Source: Haplodiscus bocki
Lineage: Eukaryota
Length of the DNA: 64,000 bases
Assembly (NCBI GenBank): GCA_965655095.1
Contig: OZ296649.1
Span: 150,598,001-150,662,000, forward strand
Direction: 5' to 3'
Position numbers and translations under genes: made by a program. This document shows positions 47,901 to 61,479 of the stretch, piece by piece. Below the pieces are notes generated by a model that worked only from the letters and a program-made list of their open reading frames with translations, made no database searches and was not told where the DNA came from. Within the stretch, counting starts at the first letter, position 1; every line of letters begins with the position of its first letter.

Positions 47901-48329
47901 CAACCCATATGGTTGCGTTGCTTAATGATTGTCGCTGACAAGGACTTCACAGAAATGTTAGTCTCGGGCCTCGAAACATGGAAGAATTTACTAAACCTAT
48001 TCCTCTGTGTCGTTTGAAACGTTTACATACTACCAATATCAATGCCGATAATTTCGAATTAACCGCCCCACTTTGAATACGTTCCGTATAAAAGTCTATG
48101 CACCCGTTTTGAGATCATGAATGCTACTCTTATATCTGACTTTTGTTAGTTTAATGCTACGTTTTAAAGTTAAGTGTACTTTTGACCTCAGAGGAGATGT
48201 TTTCTTTTTCCTTATCTTTTCCTAAATGAAACACACTGCTAAAATAGACAAAATTCTCTATAGAAGCATTTGCGCGTTAGTCCTGTCACTTTGCTACGAA
48301 CTGACCGCTTTAGTTCACTCACTTTCGTT

Positions 48330-48844
48330 ATGCTTGCTTTTTGCTATCCAAATTCCTTTTAGCGCTTCGATTGCCCCATCTGCCTGAATCGCTCTCATGT
48401 GCTCTATAGTTTGACCGTACCTTCTGGCCCAGTACCTCATGTCGTGTTTACCAGTTGCTTTTACCACCTCTGGACTAATGATCTCTCCGATTGCCCTACT
48501 TGTCGCCACCCCATTGAAGCGTTAGGATTATACTACTATTGTGACTTCCCTTGCTTCATTATCGCAGAAGGCACTCCCAACTGGACTCTTTGGGACGTTC
48601 TGAAAACTGCTCGCCTACTCTTGACGAATCATTTTGTCTCATTTGTTTCTCCAAACTTTTTCATACATCCAGCATGTCATTTCTGTGGTAAATCAGAATC
48701 CTAGTTTGTCATATACCACTTTCTTTCTTTGTGCCGATAAATTTTTTGGACAAATACTCAAGACCCTCCTTTTGTGTTTGAATTTCTTGCTGCGTTCCGG
48801 TCATATGTTGTTTACGTGGACCCACATCTTGCTCTTCAGATTTG
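48330..48844 (+). pseudogene. RING-finger accessory ORF inside the LTR element
   Basis: FDCPICLNRSHVLYSLTVPSGPVPHVVFTSCFYHLWTNDLSDCPTCRHPI is a C3HC4 RING with two Cys codons decayed (TCT, TTT). In-frame stops at 48360 and 48702. Confidence 0.65.
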
Positions 48845-49295
48845 AGTTGTTTATTTAGCTTTATATCCGTTTGAAATAAACAAATGCTTAAGTCAACTTT
48901 ATAGTTTATTCGATATGAACTAGAAATGTTCGGTTTCCTTTACAAATACTCAATGATCATAAGTTAAAAAGTAAACAAATCTCAGTCTTCGTTTCCTGTA
49001 TTGCTCTTAGTGATATTTACTAAGAACATGTTGACTATCAACAGCGTTTTTGATTCCTATTTCGAGTTTGTTTGCCCCTTTTCATTTTTCATGCTTATAT
49101 AACCCACTAACCTTTCTTTCTTTGTTAATAATCGAGACCTGTTCCTCCCTTCGTTTTTCCTTTTCCTTCTTTTCCTGGGTATTTTGTGTGCCCTATTCTA
49201 AAATTAACCAGTTCTTTCGTTTTTCACGCTCTTGTTTCTGTCCCCGCTTAGACTTCTTTTTCGCTCTGGACTTCCCGTCTTTCCTCCGTGAGGAG

Positions 49296-50027
49296 TGTGA
49301 TGGTATTTATCATGATATATGAAGAATTCGAAGTCATGCCCCCCTAGTACAGATGTGGACCAATTAGAGCAACCAGCCAATGAGAAGCCAGCGCGTCAAT
49401 GACGCATGTGTTTGTCACAAACACAAGAAGAAAACTGACACAACCCTCCAACAAGCAACAGAAGAGACCCAAGAAAGCCTGAAGAAAGAACACCCTCCTC
49501 ACCAGCTCTCGTCACTAGATGTTNNNNNNNNNNNNNNNNNNNNNNNNNNNNNNNNNNNNNNNNNNNNNNNNNNNNNNNNNNNNNNNNNNNNNNNNNNNNN
49601 NNNNNNNNNNNNNNNNNNNNNNNNNNNNNNNNNNNNNNNNNNNNNNNNNNNNNNNNNNNNNNNNNNNNNNNNNNNNNNNNNNNNNNNNNNNNNNNNNNNN
49701 NNNNNNNNNNNNNNNNNNNNNNNNNNNNNNNNNNNNNNNNNNNNNNNNNNNNNNNNNNNNNNNNNNNNNNNNNNNNNNNNNNNNNNNNNNNNNNNNNNNN
49801 NNNNNNNNNNNNNNNNNNNNNNNNNNNNNNNNNNNNNNNNNNNNNNNNNNNNNNNNNNNNNNNNNNNNNNNNNAACTTGTAATAAAAGCTTGATCACCCC
49901 GCTACAATATTCCTTGAGATAACTCAGAAGAAATCCCTTCTGAAATCTTTTAGCTGAAATTTTGTTAAATCCTTCTTTAAAGTATCCACCTAAATAAAAT
50001 GAATTTTCCGCTCGACCTCCCGTCACA
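49296..50027 (+). repeat. 3' LTR (contains N run 49524-49873)
   Basis: TGTGATGGTATTTATCATGA...CCTCCCGTCACA. Confidence 0.9.
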
Positions 50028-51332
50028 TGACAAGGAGGCCCATCATTGTAGCAGTGCTAGGGTGAAAATCAAAAACTTAACTTTTTATCCAATTTTTCTA
50101 GTTCCCCAGTCAATATTCTGTGTTTCTTGCGACATTTCGATAGAATGATCGTTTTTTCCAAGAACGCAGCCAAGCTGAGTAGGAGTGCAGAAGCGACCAT
50201 GCCCATCGTAAAAGCGGTGAGAGCGCTCAAGTTTTAGAAAGAAGCAAAGTACTAACCGCTTTGAACGGCTAACTTGTCTTTCTCTTCACATTTTCCAAAC
50301 GTTTTCGTTATTGACCAGCTGGCGAGGCCGTTTGCTGATTTTCACCGGGATGGTACATCCTTCTTTTTTATTTTCATTCTTTTGTGTACACTTTCTCCCG
50401 CGTGTTCCAAGCTGGAGCAAGCGTCACTCTTTGCTCTTTGATTTCAAGCACTTGTGGCTATCGGAGTTCAGATTAAGTTAATCAAGTATTTAGACTCAAA
50501 TTTTCTCAAATTTGTCATTGTAATTCGCATCTTGTTTTCTGCTTTCTCGCAAGGATGACCACTCACACCCACCGCGTCTTGAGTTTGTTAATTGCTAAAG
50601 CGTATGAAAATTGCATAACATTCAAAGCGTCAAAAATGACCTGTAGATCATTGTAGGCTCCGAAATTTTCGATGCTGTGTTCAGTGTGCAGTTTGTCGAC
50701 GTGATTGGGAAATTTTTGATGCGTTGATAAATATGCAGTTTTTCAATGCGTTGGGAATTCCCGCTAAAGTTCCATTCTAAGTTCTTTCTTTTCTAAATTT
50801 TTAGCGCTTCATGCGTGGCTACCTTGGTGCCTATGTTTTTGAAATTGTTTTTCTTGAAGACTAGTTGTTGGATCGCGGTCATAATTTGATCATTCTGCGA
50901 AATAGACAAGTCACGTTTTGGTACGTTTCATACTTTCGCTCCAAGACCCAAGACTTCTGGTTGGATTATGACCACCCAGTACTCATTCAAAAGCCCGCAA
51001 TATGAGAATCTGTGAAATACCAGGCTTTTTAGGGAGGAGGCATGACCCATTTCATACATTTACTACTTTTCAAATGACTTGTTTTGATGTTTTGTAATTC
51101 GAGTTTTTTCAGCCTGCGTCTTTCAATTTTGTGACTTTCCACTGACTCATTTGAATGCTGATAACTTAAATTGCTTTTGAACAGTTCTAATGTTTTTTTG
51201 TGAAATTTGGTAGAAACGAGAATTTCACATTCAAGTGATCAATTCGTCGATACCGTTTCTCGCCTTCGTTGCAAGTGTATGCGAAACCCAGCTTCACCTC
51301 TGTTTATTGAAATATAAAATTGCTTGCTGCAG

Positions 51333-51566
51333 GAGAGCACGAAAGCCGACAGTTATGAAGAAGTAGATTTCCAAGAGATATTCCGGAAAGCTGAGCCACA
51401 GTCTCGACTAATGGGCGCAGCAAGTGGTTCAGAAAGGGAAAGACGCCAGCTCGATCAAGACAGGGACTTGGCTGCGTTTCCTCCGTGGAAAATTGTTTTT
51501 GGTGCATCCGATCAGGGAAGATTTCCTCTTACTGCAAATGCTTCCAATACTGTTCCTACAAGAAGA
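51333..51566 (+). CDS. Possible host exon, product unknown
   Basis: Acceptor ttgctgcag, open phase-0 frame ESTKADSYEEVDFQEIFRK..., donor GTTAGA like the other host donors. No recognisable motif. Confidence 0.3.
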
Positions 51567-53496
51567 GTTAGATTTTTGGACTAACGCTTTTATTTGTACT
51601 ACTACACAGGGGTGGTCAATTTAAGTTTTGACTTCTGTTTTCGAGCAAGAATTCAAAAGTTTTGGGAATTCTCTTTTTGGATTTTAATTTCGGCCAAATT
51701 GAAGATTTTATCGCTCTATATTGAATCTTTATATATATAACGGAGACTTAATGAATATATACTGGACAGCATACGGGCCACAGAGGACCTATTCATTGTT
51801 ACCTATCATTTTTTTGAAAGAAAACATTCAAAAAGCCTGAAATAGAATGAAGCAAACATTTTATTCCAAAAGCAGCTTGTACCAAAAAGTCTGAGTAAGA
51901 AACATCATTTCTTAGGAAGTGGTTTCGAATCTCGGCATCGACTGTTTGGAGCAAATAAGTGTATTTCGTAGAAGAGGGATTCGCTCTTGCATGGCAAAGT
52001 GTGAGAATGGATTGGAAATAGGTTTTGTTCTAGGAACGTGTTTTAGTAGCACCTGGATTTATTACTGCAAAATTTAAAACGACCTTGACGTACGCGAAGC
52101 ACTTCTTATTTTTTGGTCGTGTTTTGATTGTACAAGAAGTACAAGCTACAAAGAAAATCAACCGAATGCAAAGTTCAATTTAGAACGATTTTTTGAAGTA
52201 TTACATAATCACTATGTGAGCTACAATTCAATAAGATGCGCATTTATGTTAGAAGCCAGTCGGCTCGTGAATGTTGCAGCTTCTGATCACTTCATGAACT
52301 CTGTTGCCTAACTTTGAGTAGAACTGTGCTGCTGTTACTTGTTACGCACACAAACTGTTTTTTTTTTATTTTGTTTAATACAATGGCAGATTATAATCGC
52401 GTTGCTTCACAGGTAAACAAAACATTTATTCTAAGCAATGAGCATTGTTTCACTGGGCGATTTCTTTCAATTGAAGAAAATATGGCATCGAAATTATTTT
52501 ATCTGCAGGTCTAAGTAAATATGTATGCTCTTGCAAAGAACTGAACAAAATTGTGATGTATTGTTAAACTAAGTATTTTGAATTCTAATGTTTTCGTTCA
52601 TAGCAGGTTTGCATTTTTGAGAGGAGTCTAAAGCAACCTAATTTCCGCTAGTTGTTCAAGGCAAGTCATGCACATTGTGCTTCTTAAATTGTAGGTAACT
52701 TTTAAACATGCTGCTTCGAAATTTTAGAAAGTGCATTTGAACGGGTAGCGAAAATTTTTTCTTCAAAAACTTGCAGTTTGTGACATAATCCAAGAGTCTT
52801 GTGTAAACGGTCAAAAATGACCTTTTTGAGACATTTCGCAGTCACTGGCTATTTTCGCTTGCTGAATTGTGTGCGTGTCTTAAACATTGAGCTGTAAAAA
52901 GGCGCGAATCGAATAGGCATGGTTGAGACGTCAGATTTTCGACTGTGAGACAGTGTGGCAGGTACTTCAAGTACTCTACTGGGTGACGCAAAATAGCTAA
53001 TATTTGTAAACAAAGTGATGAAAATTCTTTCACGTCACAGCCTATCGTTCACCAGCATTGACAACTCCAGATCTCATGAAAGTAACGTGGCTATTTTAGT
53101 TTCCGATTATGAAATTTGTATAGACCTATTTTTACAGAATTGATGCACTTCTTATTTGGATTATTGAAACAAGTTTCATAATGCAAATGATTGGCAAGCG
53201 AGGCAAAAACTTTCTAAAGCAGTTTTACATGTTCTTTGCTAATGTCAGCAATTTTTGAGCTGCAAATTCATATGTATCGTTGCTTTTTTTTGGTCACCTA
53301 GTATTGTAGTTTTTTCGAACAAACCGTTGATTGAGAGTTACTCTCAAAATTCTAAAAATGTCAGCTTACGTCTGCGATCGTGTTTGCAAATGAGTAGTTA
53401 TATAATTCACATTTGACACCAGCCGCAATGCGTCCCACCATGTCCCAAATAATTTACGGCCAAAAACATTATAATAATTAAAATAAGACTCAGACG

Positions 53497-53680
53497 TAAA
53501 AATACACTTTATCAATGGGTTTACACTGGAGATTAGTGAAAGACAATGAAAATTAATAAAAATACACTTTATGAGTGGGGGTACACAGGAAATTGGTCAG
53601 AAAACAATGAAAATTAATAAAAATTATACTTTTTGAATGGGAGTACACAGGATAACGCTGAAGAAAAATAAAATTAAAGA
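53497..53680. repeat. Three ~60-bp tandem units in the Polinton B terminal region
   Basis: AAAATACACTTT...TGGG..TACAC.GGA.ATT.GT...A.ACAATGAAAATTAATA repeated three times. Confidence 0.8.
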
Positions 53681-54227
53681 TTCATCATTTTTCTGCTCCA
53701 TTACTAAAAATTCATACACATCTCATTTTTCCAGCTGCGTAATGAAAAATTTATTCAAAACTTTTTTTAAACCCACTTATCAAAACACATCAAAAGATGT
53801 CAACCAAATCGGAGAAGAAATTCGTGAAAAATTTGGTCAGAAGTTTGGTTTGGATTGTGATCTGAGTTCTGGTTTCTGGTAATATAGTTCCAAAGGATTA
53901 GTTTATCAGAATCAAGGAATTTTCAAGCTACAACAAAATATAATCTACCGTTAGAAAAGTCTTGAATAGATCTTTTCAATGGTAACATATTCGGAAACTT
54001 TAACTGAAACATGGTGTAGGTCAATGCAATTTTTGTTGTTTTTCTTTTGATTTAGATAGAATTCTATCATTATATCTTGCTTCTTTCTTTCTCATTATTT
54101 CTTTCTCAAAAAATGTATTTTTTTTAAATTCATCATTGTTTTTAACGTTTCTTGTCTTTTCAAACTTTTTTTTACTTTTCTAGCACTTTTTCGGATTAAA
54201 AAATCCTGATTTTTCAATTCATCAGTA

Positions 54228-57200
54228 TTAATTCCAAGGTATACTTCCAATTTCATTCAGATAACATCAGTTCTCATCAAAAGCTCATAGTGTAGATTTA
54301 CGGACTTTTTGAAGATACATTTCATGATTAATTGATTTTATAATATAATTATCATTCTTTTTTATAATCACGACCAAATAAACAATTGTAATGTTCTTCG
54401 AAATAATATTTCTCGATTGAGGTTTAGAAATACCTTTCAATCTATTTTCAATATGACTGCCACATTTATATGAATATGCTTTACTTCGCAAACAAATAAA
54501 TTCATCTATAAAAGCGTTTTTAGGAGTCTCAATTTTCAATTTACCTTCAATTTTTTGTCTTTACTTCTGAATATTTCCCGGTCTTTGTTTAGATTACTAA
54601 ATTCAAATAAATCATTAAGATTTTGTAAGTCTTTGATAAAATTACTAGAAATTATATTTAATAAGAAAGCGTCGGTATCGATTTAATGACAGTTTTTTTT
54701 CTCCAAATTATGGTTGTAGATTATCATAATATTTTTCATACATCAACAATTTACGGAATTCTAGTGCGGCGAATCCTAAATAAAGTGGCTTATCCATAAG
54801 AACATCATTTTGCTTAAATATGTGTCATAATTTGTGTAAGATTTATGTGTTCCATTGAAGTTTAGTTTCGATTGTTGTTTGATGATTTCTTGATCATTAT
54901 CTTTTTTAATAAATTTCGTTTTCAATCTATTCGCAACATTTTTGATTGTTTTTCCATAAAATGCATTTTTGAGTAATCTATAGAAGTCCTTTTCGAAATC
55001 ATTTATTGCTTGATTTCTTTTCTGAGTTTTAAAATCAATATGTTTTTTTAGCCATTTATTTTGTTTAAACGAATTTATCTCATGAACTTCATCAACTATC
55101 ATCCCATGTCTCACATAAAATTTCAACATCTTAAAATGAAATAAATAATTTTTTTATCCGTCCAATCGCAAATCTAGAGCACTAGTTATATTTTCAGGGA
55201 AAAATGGAAAATTCTTTGTTCCTGTGTAATATCAGGATATTTTAAGTCAGCTTGTGCGAAGTAACCAATATCCGAATCATCAGGAGTGTTCAATATATCT
55301 TTTAAAGTAACATTTTAATCAAATTTAATATCATCATAAAGTAGATTTTCACTCATAGCGCCACCATATAAATTAGTAGCATCTATATATAATATCTTTT
55401 TATTTTCATCTGATTTCACATATCAATCTTCCAATACTGATGAAATTCTCCCTCGTATATTATTCTGTATTAATAAAACTTATTCTTTATCTTGAAGTGT
55501 TGTAAGTTTTTTCCTGTATATTTCTTTCCACATAACCATGTAAAACCAGTTAGACTTACACAATACAGAGGATTTATTCCAAATTCGTTAATTGATACTT
55601 CTATAAATTTCTCAAAAACACTTGGAAGTAAAGTAACATCAATTTTTGAGTATGATTTATTTAATTCTTCTCCATTTTTTATTAAGAAATAATTTAATAA
55701 TTTCTTTTCTATTTCTTCATCATTGGGATAATCGTTTTTTAGTTTACTGAAGAAGTCTTCTTTTCAAAAATTTTTAACAGGTTTTTGATAATCATCAATG
55801 CTATTGTAATATCCCTAAGGATATGCTTATTTCTTACCTCAATAACTATATATATATATATATATATCTGAAAATTCTGTTTTCAAATTTTTGAGATCAT
55901 TTTCAAATATATAATTATTTAAAGCTTCTATTTTATCAATTTCACCTGGAAAATCTCTTTTTAGATCTTCACTTGAATCCTTGTTATATCTATCCTCACT
56001 AATCAATGTTTCTATTTCCTCAGCAATTTTTCGTATATCATTCCTTCTAGAGCGATTGGTTTTAGCAATATTATCACCTCCGATATTTTATGTTTAATAT
56101 CAACAAGTGTTTTAACTAGTGAATCTAAACTGCTTGATAGAATTCGAGAACTATCAAAGAATCTTGTACAACCATATGTTACTGATATGTATTGTTCGTT
56201 TGTCTGAGGTATAATATCAATTTTTTTCATTCTTTTTATCAACTAATTTTTTGAAGAATAGATGACGATCACGATTACTGAAATTGTGAAATACAAATGG
56301 AATAAAATTACATGTTTCTGTGTAACATTAATGTTACATTTGTTATCTGCTGTTCCTCTATATTTACCTCTTAAGTGACAATGATCACTAACCTTAATAG
56401 AATTTATTTCTTTTCCACGAAATCGACAATTGTTATGATTTCTATAATGTTTTTTCACCTTTTGCAGTCATTATAATATTTTTTATTAGTGTTTTCAAAG
56501 TAAAAGTTCAATTTATTTTCTAATTTTATTACTTCGTCCAGAAACCAGTCTACATTATTATAACCTAACGGAGATTTATAACATCCACTTTGTGAAACAT
56601 CATTCAATTCAGATACTATACAATAACCATTACATACTGCTTTTTGTTTATAAATGTTAGTTGTTTTGTTTCCTTTTTTAGAATTATCAATTGCATTATC
56701 AGCTGCAAAATCTGCATATATCTCAAAATATAATAGATTCTTATGAAAGTGGTTTTTCCAATTTAGATGAGATTTACTTTATGTTTTAATAGCTGTTATT
56801 TCTTTTTGTTCACATCTTTGTCTACGTGTCATTAAAATATTTTAACTTGTATAGCAACTCAAACATCGTCTACATATATGTTTAGAATAATGTTTACTTA
56901 AAAATACGTTTCACTTTTTAACGAGAACGTAATGATTTTTGTATATCATCAAGTCAATAACTCTATCTGAAATTTTTCTACTATTTCCAATAGGGATTAA
57001 ATTATGTTCCCAATTATTTTGATTTCGATTGAAACTTAGTTCAAATATGCTTATTGATAAGTTATTTAGTTTCTCAATTTTGTGAACATCACTGCATTTA
57101 AATCCATTTGTTAAATCAAATCCATCAATGTTTAATTCAAAACAATTTTGTCTAAACTTCGATACTCTATTAGGATAATTATTTTTACAAGGATGTCGAC

Positions 57201-57975
57201 TTGCTAATATCGATCAAAGGAAAGAATAATTATCATCATTTTCAATATTTAATATAGCTGAAGGGCTTAACGGAATATTCATATAATTTACTGTTTAATT
57301 CAGTAGTTTTATGAAACTGTATTGGCATTGAATTAACTTTATCAAATCTCCATCCACTATCCTTTGATTCTTGATTCTGAATCTGTTTTTCTAGTTGAGT
57401 TCTAACACCAAAATCATCAATATCAGAGCCCGCTAAATTTCGATTACTATTCAAGTAATTATATAATTCAATTTCATCTAATACTTGATATTTTTCATCT
57501 TGCTTATCAAAGCTGGCTGAAAACACTGTTTGATCTTTAATTTCATATTGATTTTTAATCTTGCATATATATTAGTCAGATCTTTCATTATATTCTTAAC
57601 CTGTATTTTTTCAATTTCCAGATACTCTGGTGTGATGGTTAATTTAGAATTTATATGATCAATATGATGGCTTTCTAAATTAATATTAAATCCTGCTCTT
57701 AATACTCTGTTGGTAAGGTAATACTGATTATTCATTTTTTGGCTAGTTCTTTTTTGAGTTGTTTATCATCTATTTTAATTTTATCTCATACTATTTGTTT
57801 TGAAGGTTTAGGATTGTGAATTTTACTGGTTCGGTTTTCTTCATTTCATTATAAATGTGGGAGGGAATAATTTTTTCATTTTCTAAATGTTTTTTTTACT
57901 TCTTAAGTGTTTCACAAATGATGCTCTATGAACATCAATATTGCAAATATCACATCTGCGGCTGTTTTCCGTTTT
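54228..57975 (-). pseudogene. Protein-primed family B DNA polymerase (pPolB), fragmented
   Basis: N-terminal C2H2 finger CDICNIDVHRASFVKHLRSKKH, SGWRFDKV, endonuclease VII-like DHCHLRGKYRGTA..CN, YIDATNLYG, KNAFYGK, DTDAF, CLRSKAYSY. Confidence 0.92.
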
Positions 57976-59214
57976 GCCTTTCTGTTTATATGGGATAAAA
58001 GGCTTGAAATGGAATACTTGAGATCTCAATTTTCTCCTCCCTCATCTGATAAATTTTTAACCGTAGTATAATACAGGTCATAAAAATTTATATTCAATTG
58101 TATAACTTGTGGCTTTGTCTGTAGAAACTTCATTAATTTAAAATTAAAATGCTTCATGCAATATTAAAGCTATACCTTCAGCACCTTTAGTGAAAGGATC
58201 TTCTTCAAATTGAAAAGTATTACTCTCTCATATAATTCATTTGACCATAGTACTCACTTATATTTTTCTAAAATTTTAGTTTTGTTTCAACTTTTAAACT
58301 TTGTAATTTATTGATCATGTTTTCTCTTGTGTTATATTTTATATTCACCGTAGAAAAATATATATCTTTCATCTTTTTGTTTGCATAAGGTAGTCTCGTA
58401 GAAAAAATCCTATCTTGTCTAAGTGCTTTTTTATCTATCGGGCGTTTTTGTTTATTAATAATAAATTCGATATTGGACGAAAATGACCTTTATCAAAATC
58501 AATCCAATTACGTTGTTTGCGGATTGGACAATCATTATCTAATTTTGATTCTTCACTAGTCTTTTTCTTTTTTGTCGTTGGATAAGATCTGACTTCTACT
58601 TCATCATTTTCATTTTTAATAACTTTTTGATTGCGTCTTATTTCCGTTTCATGAATAACTTGATATTGAGTTCTCAAAGATTTCGGTGGTTTAAGTAGTC
58701 CGAATATTGTATCTTCAGTTGGGTGAATAATATATTGTTTTTCTTTTACTTCTACATAATATTTGCCATTCAGATATTTCGTTTGAAAGTTGATAAAACA
58801 CTTGCCATTAAATCGAAATATTTTTTATTGTCATAATGTTTATCCCAATGCCATCCATTTCGTTAATCTGATAATATCATGTCCATTTTTTAAATACTTT
58901 TTGCTGGTCTGGAAAAATGATTTTGTTGGAAATCTTCATCCATATTTTTATATTTTGCAATTAATTCGTTTTTGATAATTAATTTGTGATTTTTTAATCT
59001 TGTTAGACATACAGTTAATTTTTCTTTATCATCACCCTCATATATTTTATATACATCAATTCAAATACATAGAACGTTTTTCTCAGCATTTTTCAATCGA
59101 TTGTCAAAGTTTAATTCTTCACGTTGTGTTTTTGAAAGTTCTGGTTTTTGTTTTATTACATTATACCCACATGGAATACAAGTCCTTTCGTATTCATTTG
59201 GTAATGATGTGGTT

Positions 59215-59995
59215 TGTGTACAATGCATCTCTCAGGTTATCAATTGATTCTGTTTGAGGGAATTGTATGGTGTATGATTTCTGTTATTGTGTTTAATTCA
59301 TAGCTCCAATTGGTCGAATATCCTTTACTGAAAACTTTTTTAATGTCTGCGGTTTCAACTAAGTCTCCTAATTGAAACTGAGATTTTCAGTTCCTTCTTC
59401 TGTCCCGGAGATTGTCCAATGATACTGTTCAATTCTTCTTCAAAGAAGCTTGAACTGAGATCATTTTTATTGAGTGGTGTATGGTATTATTCTACTTCTT
59501 AGTGATAGATGGTAATTCACTTATCCATGAAGCGTTTCCTCTTTCAAATACTGGCTTTTTAAATAAATTCCCTATAGTTCTGTTAAATCGTTCTGCTATC
59601 GAATGTCATTCATCGGCATAACGAGAAAAATGTTGAAAATTTTTTAGTTTCAAGAGGTTTTTAAAAATATAAAATTCCTTTCGTCGATCAGATTCTATTT
59701 TGTTATGTTTTCGTTTTGAAACAGTCTTTTATTTGAAAACTCATCTGTTATCTCTTGACTATATTTTCTTTTCAAAGGGATGGTCCAAGCATTTTTAGAG
59801 AATTTATCAATCACTACCAGATTATATCTATAGCTTCTTTTGTTTGATGGTTTATAATCATTTAAATCTAACAAATCATTACACCATATTTCATCAATAT
59901 GAATAGATATTATTTGATTAGTTGGATAGTTTTTTTTCTACGTGGAGTACTGTGTATTTCCTCGATGAATGCTTGGACATTATCCTTCTTGCTCT
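59215..59995 (-). pseudogene. Retroviral-type (rve) integrase of Polinton B
   Basis: IWCNDLLDL...YRYNLVVIDKFSKNAWTIPLK, IESDR..EF, IAERFNRTI, FQLGDLV..FSKGY..NWS. Confidence 0.88.
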
Positions 59996-60019
59996 TTTAT
60001 TTCTAAAAAGTATTTTGCT

Positions 60020-60643
60020 TCAACTTCCTGTAGAAGATATAAACGGTGATTAATTTTGGCTCTTTTTGAATTATTTTCACCACAATACATAGGTCTTAAG
60101 TTAATCTAAGTGAAACATTTTTATTTCGTGTTCATCTAAATCATCGAATGATGTTATTGGTAAACAATGATCGATGCACCAAACAGAACCATGATCATCT
60201 ATACTCATATAACAATAAAGTTGATTTTCTATCCATTTTTTTTGAAAAACTTAGGAGAACAATCTATTGAATTGAAAGTTTTCGTTTTTTCAACATCTTG
60301 AGATTTGAATGCATAGCAATTTCTATTCCTCATAATAACAGTTAATATAAAAGTTAAATCTTTTTCTCTTTTTTTCCGTTGTTCGTTTTTTCCCTTTTAT
60401 CATTTTGATATTTTTTAATTTTATCATGATAATAATAATTCTTAAATAATAGTCTCTCTTCTTTAACCTTTTTTTAGAATCATATTCGCTTTGTCTCTGA
60501 ATTACACAGATTTTTTTTTGAGAATGTAAACTATCTTTAGTTGATGAATTTTTGTAAAAGTTAGATATTAAACAAATCAGATTACATTTAGAACATCGTT
60601 TAACTAAATCGTAATCATATAAATCTTTAATATAGCTACTCAT
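60020..60643 (-). pseudogene. HNH-type endonuclease with N-terminal Zn-ribbon (NCLDV-like)
   Basis: KRCSKC..ISNFYKN..KD.L N-terminus. Downstream frame WIENQL...GSVWCIDHCLPITSFD. Confidence 0.7.
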
Positions 60644-60669
60644 TTAACTATGAATGGTTATTTGAATTA

Positions 60670-61120
60670 AATGTACATTACTTTCGATCTCAGACCGCGA
60701 CCGTACATGTCCGTTAATGATAAGACCTTGCCTCCTGATGTGCTTTCTCAAATATTTGTTGTAGGTTGCCCAACCTGAGCATTTTTTCTTTTAGCAGCTA
60801 CAGCCATACCGATCAACGGAGCGGTTGCGTTAAGTGTTGGCTTAAGAAGCGAATCCTATGCTTTTTTTAGTGCGTTGGCAAATTTTAGCCATTTTATTTT
60901 TGAAACCATTGTCTTCAAGCATATATTGATTAGTGGAACATGTTAATTGTTTCCGACATTTACAATCACTTTTACCACACATATCGTGCAATTTCAGAAC
61001 GGTGCAATCGCTCTTCAAATCAGTCCTTGCTGAATTCGACATAGGGCTAGAAAGCCCGCGTTTACAATTTGCTCCTTTTTCAAATTTCTTTCCTTTAGTA
61101 AGGTTAGCCTGTTTATTCAT
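60670..61120 (-). pseudogene. Polinton virion precursor-type ORF (degraded)
   Basis: LKLHDMCGKSDCKCRKQLT...YMLEDNGFKNKMAKI followed by an Ala/Gly-rich helix and LSLTDMYGRGLR. Confidence 0.5.
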
Positions 61121-61287
61121 TTGCCTAGTAGAAATTTATGATTTATTACGTCCACAATTACTACAAGTACGTCTATTAACTCTACAAGTACGTCTATTTT
61201 ATTCGTTTTAGGGTTTACCTTTTCATATACATTCCGGTTTTTTGTTTCACTAAGATGACTACCACCAACACACCAAGTCTTTGTCAT
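61117..61287 (-). pseudogene. Homologue of the N-terminal half of ORF 2347-2760
   Basis: MTKTWCVGGSHLSETKN...NPKTNK versus SYCVDGRHRSATKD...NTKTGK. Confidence 0.55.
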
Positions 61288-61479
61288 ATAATTACTAAAA
61301 TTATGAATCTTCAGGAGGAGCACTTGGTTCATATTTTTTTTCCTTTTTAGTTTTGAATGAATTTATGTTTATTCTCATATTAATTATCACATCGTTTTGT
61401 TTAAGAAATTATTTAATTTGGTTATTTGTTCTAGCGGAATTTTCTATATTCCCAAAATATCACCAAAAATAACTTCACT

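Larger units (their letters stand above)
36528..50027 (+). mobile_element. Degraded Gypsy/Metaviridae LTR retroelement with env-like gene (13.5 kb)
   Basis: Paired LTRs TG...CA, PBS-like TGGTGAC after the 5' LTR, short purine run before the 3' LTR, imperfect 4-bp TSD GGAC/TGAC, domain order gag-PR-RT-RH-IN. Confidence 0.92.

Noticed and set aside
49380-50026. Long ORFs spanning the N runs (also 36634..36945)
   Set aside because: Artefacts of translating Ns inside the LTRs.
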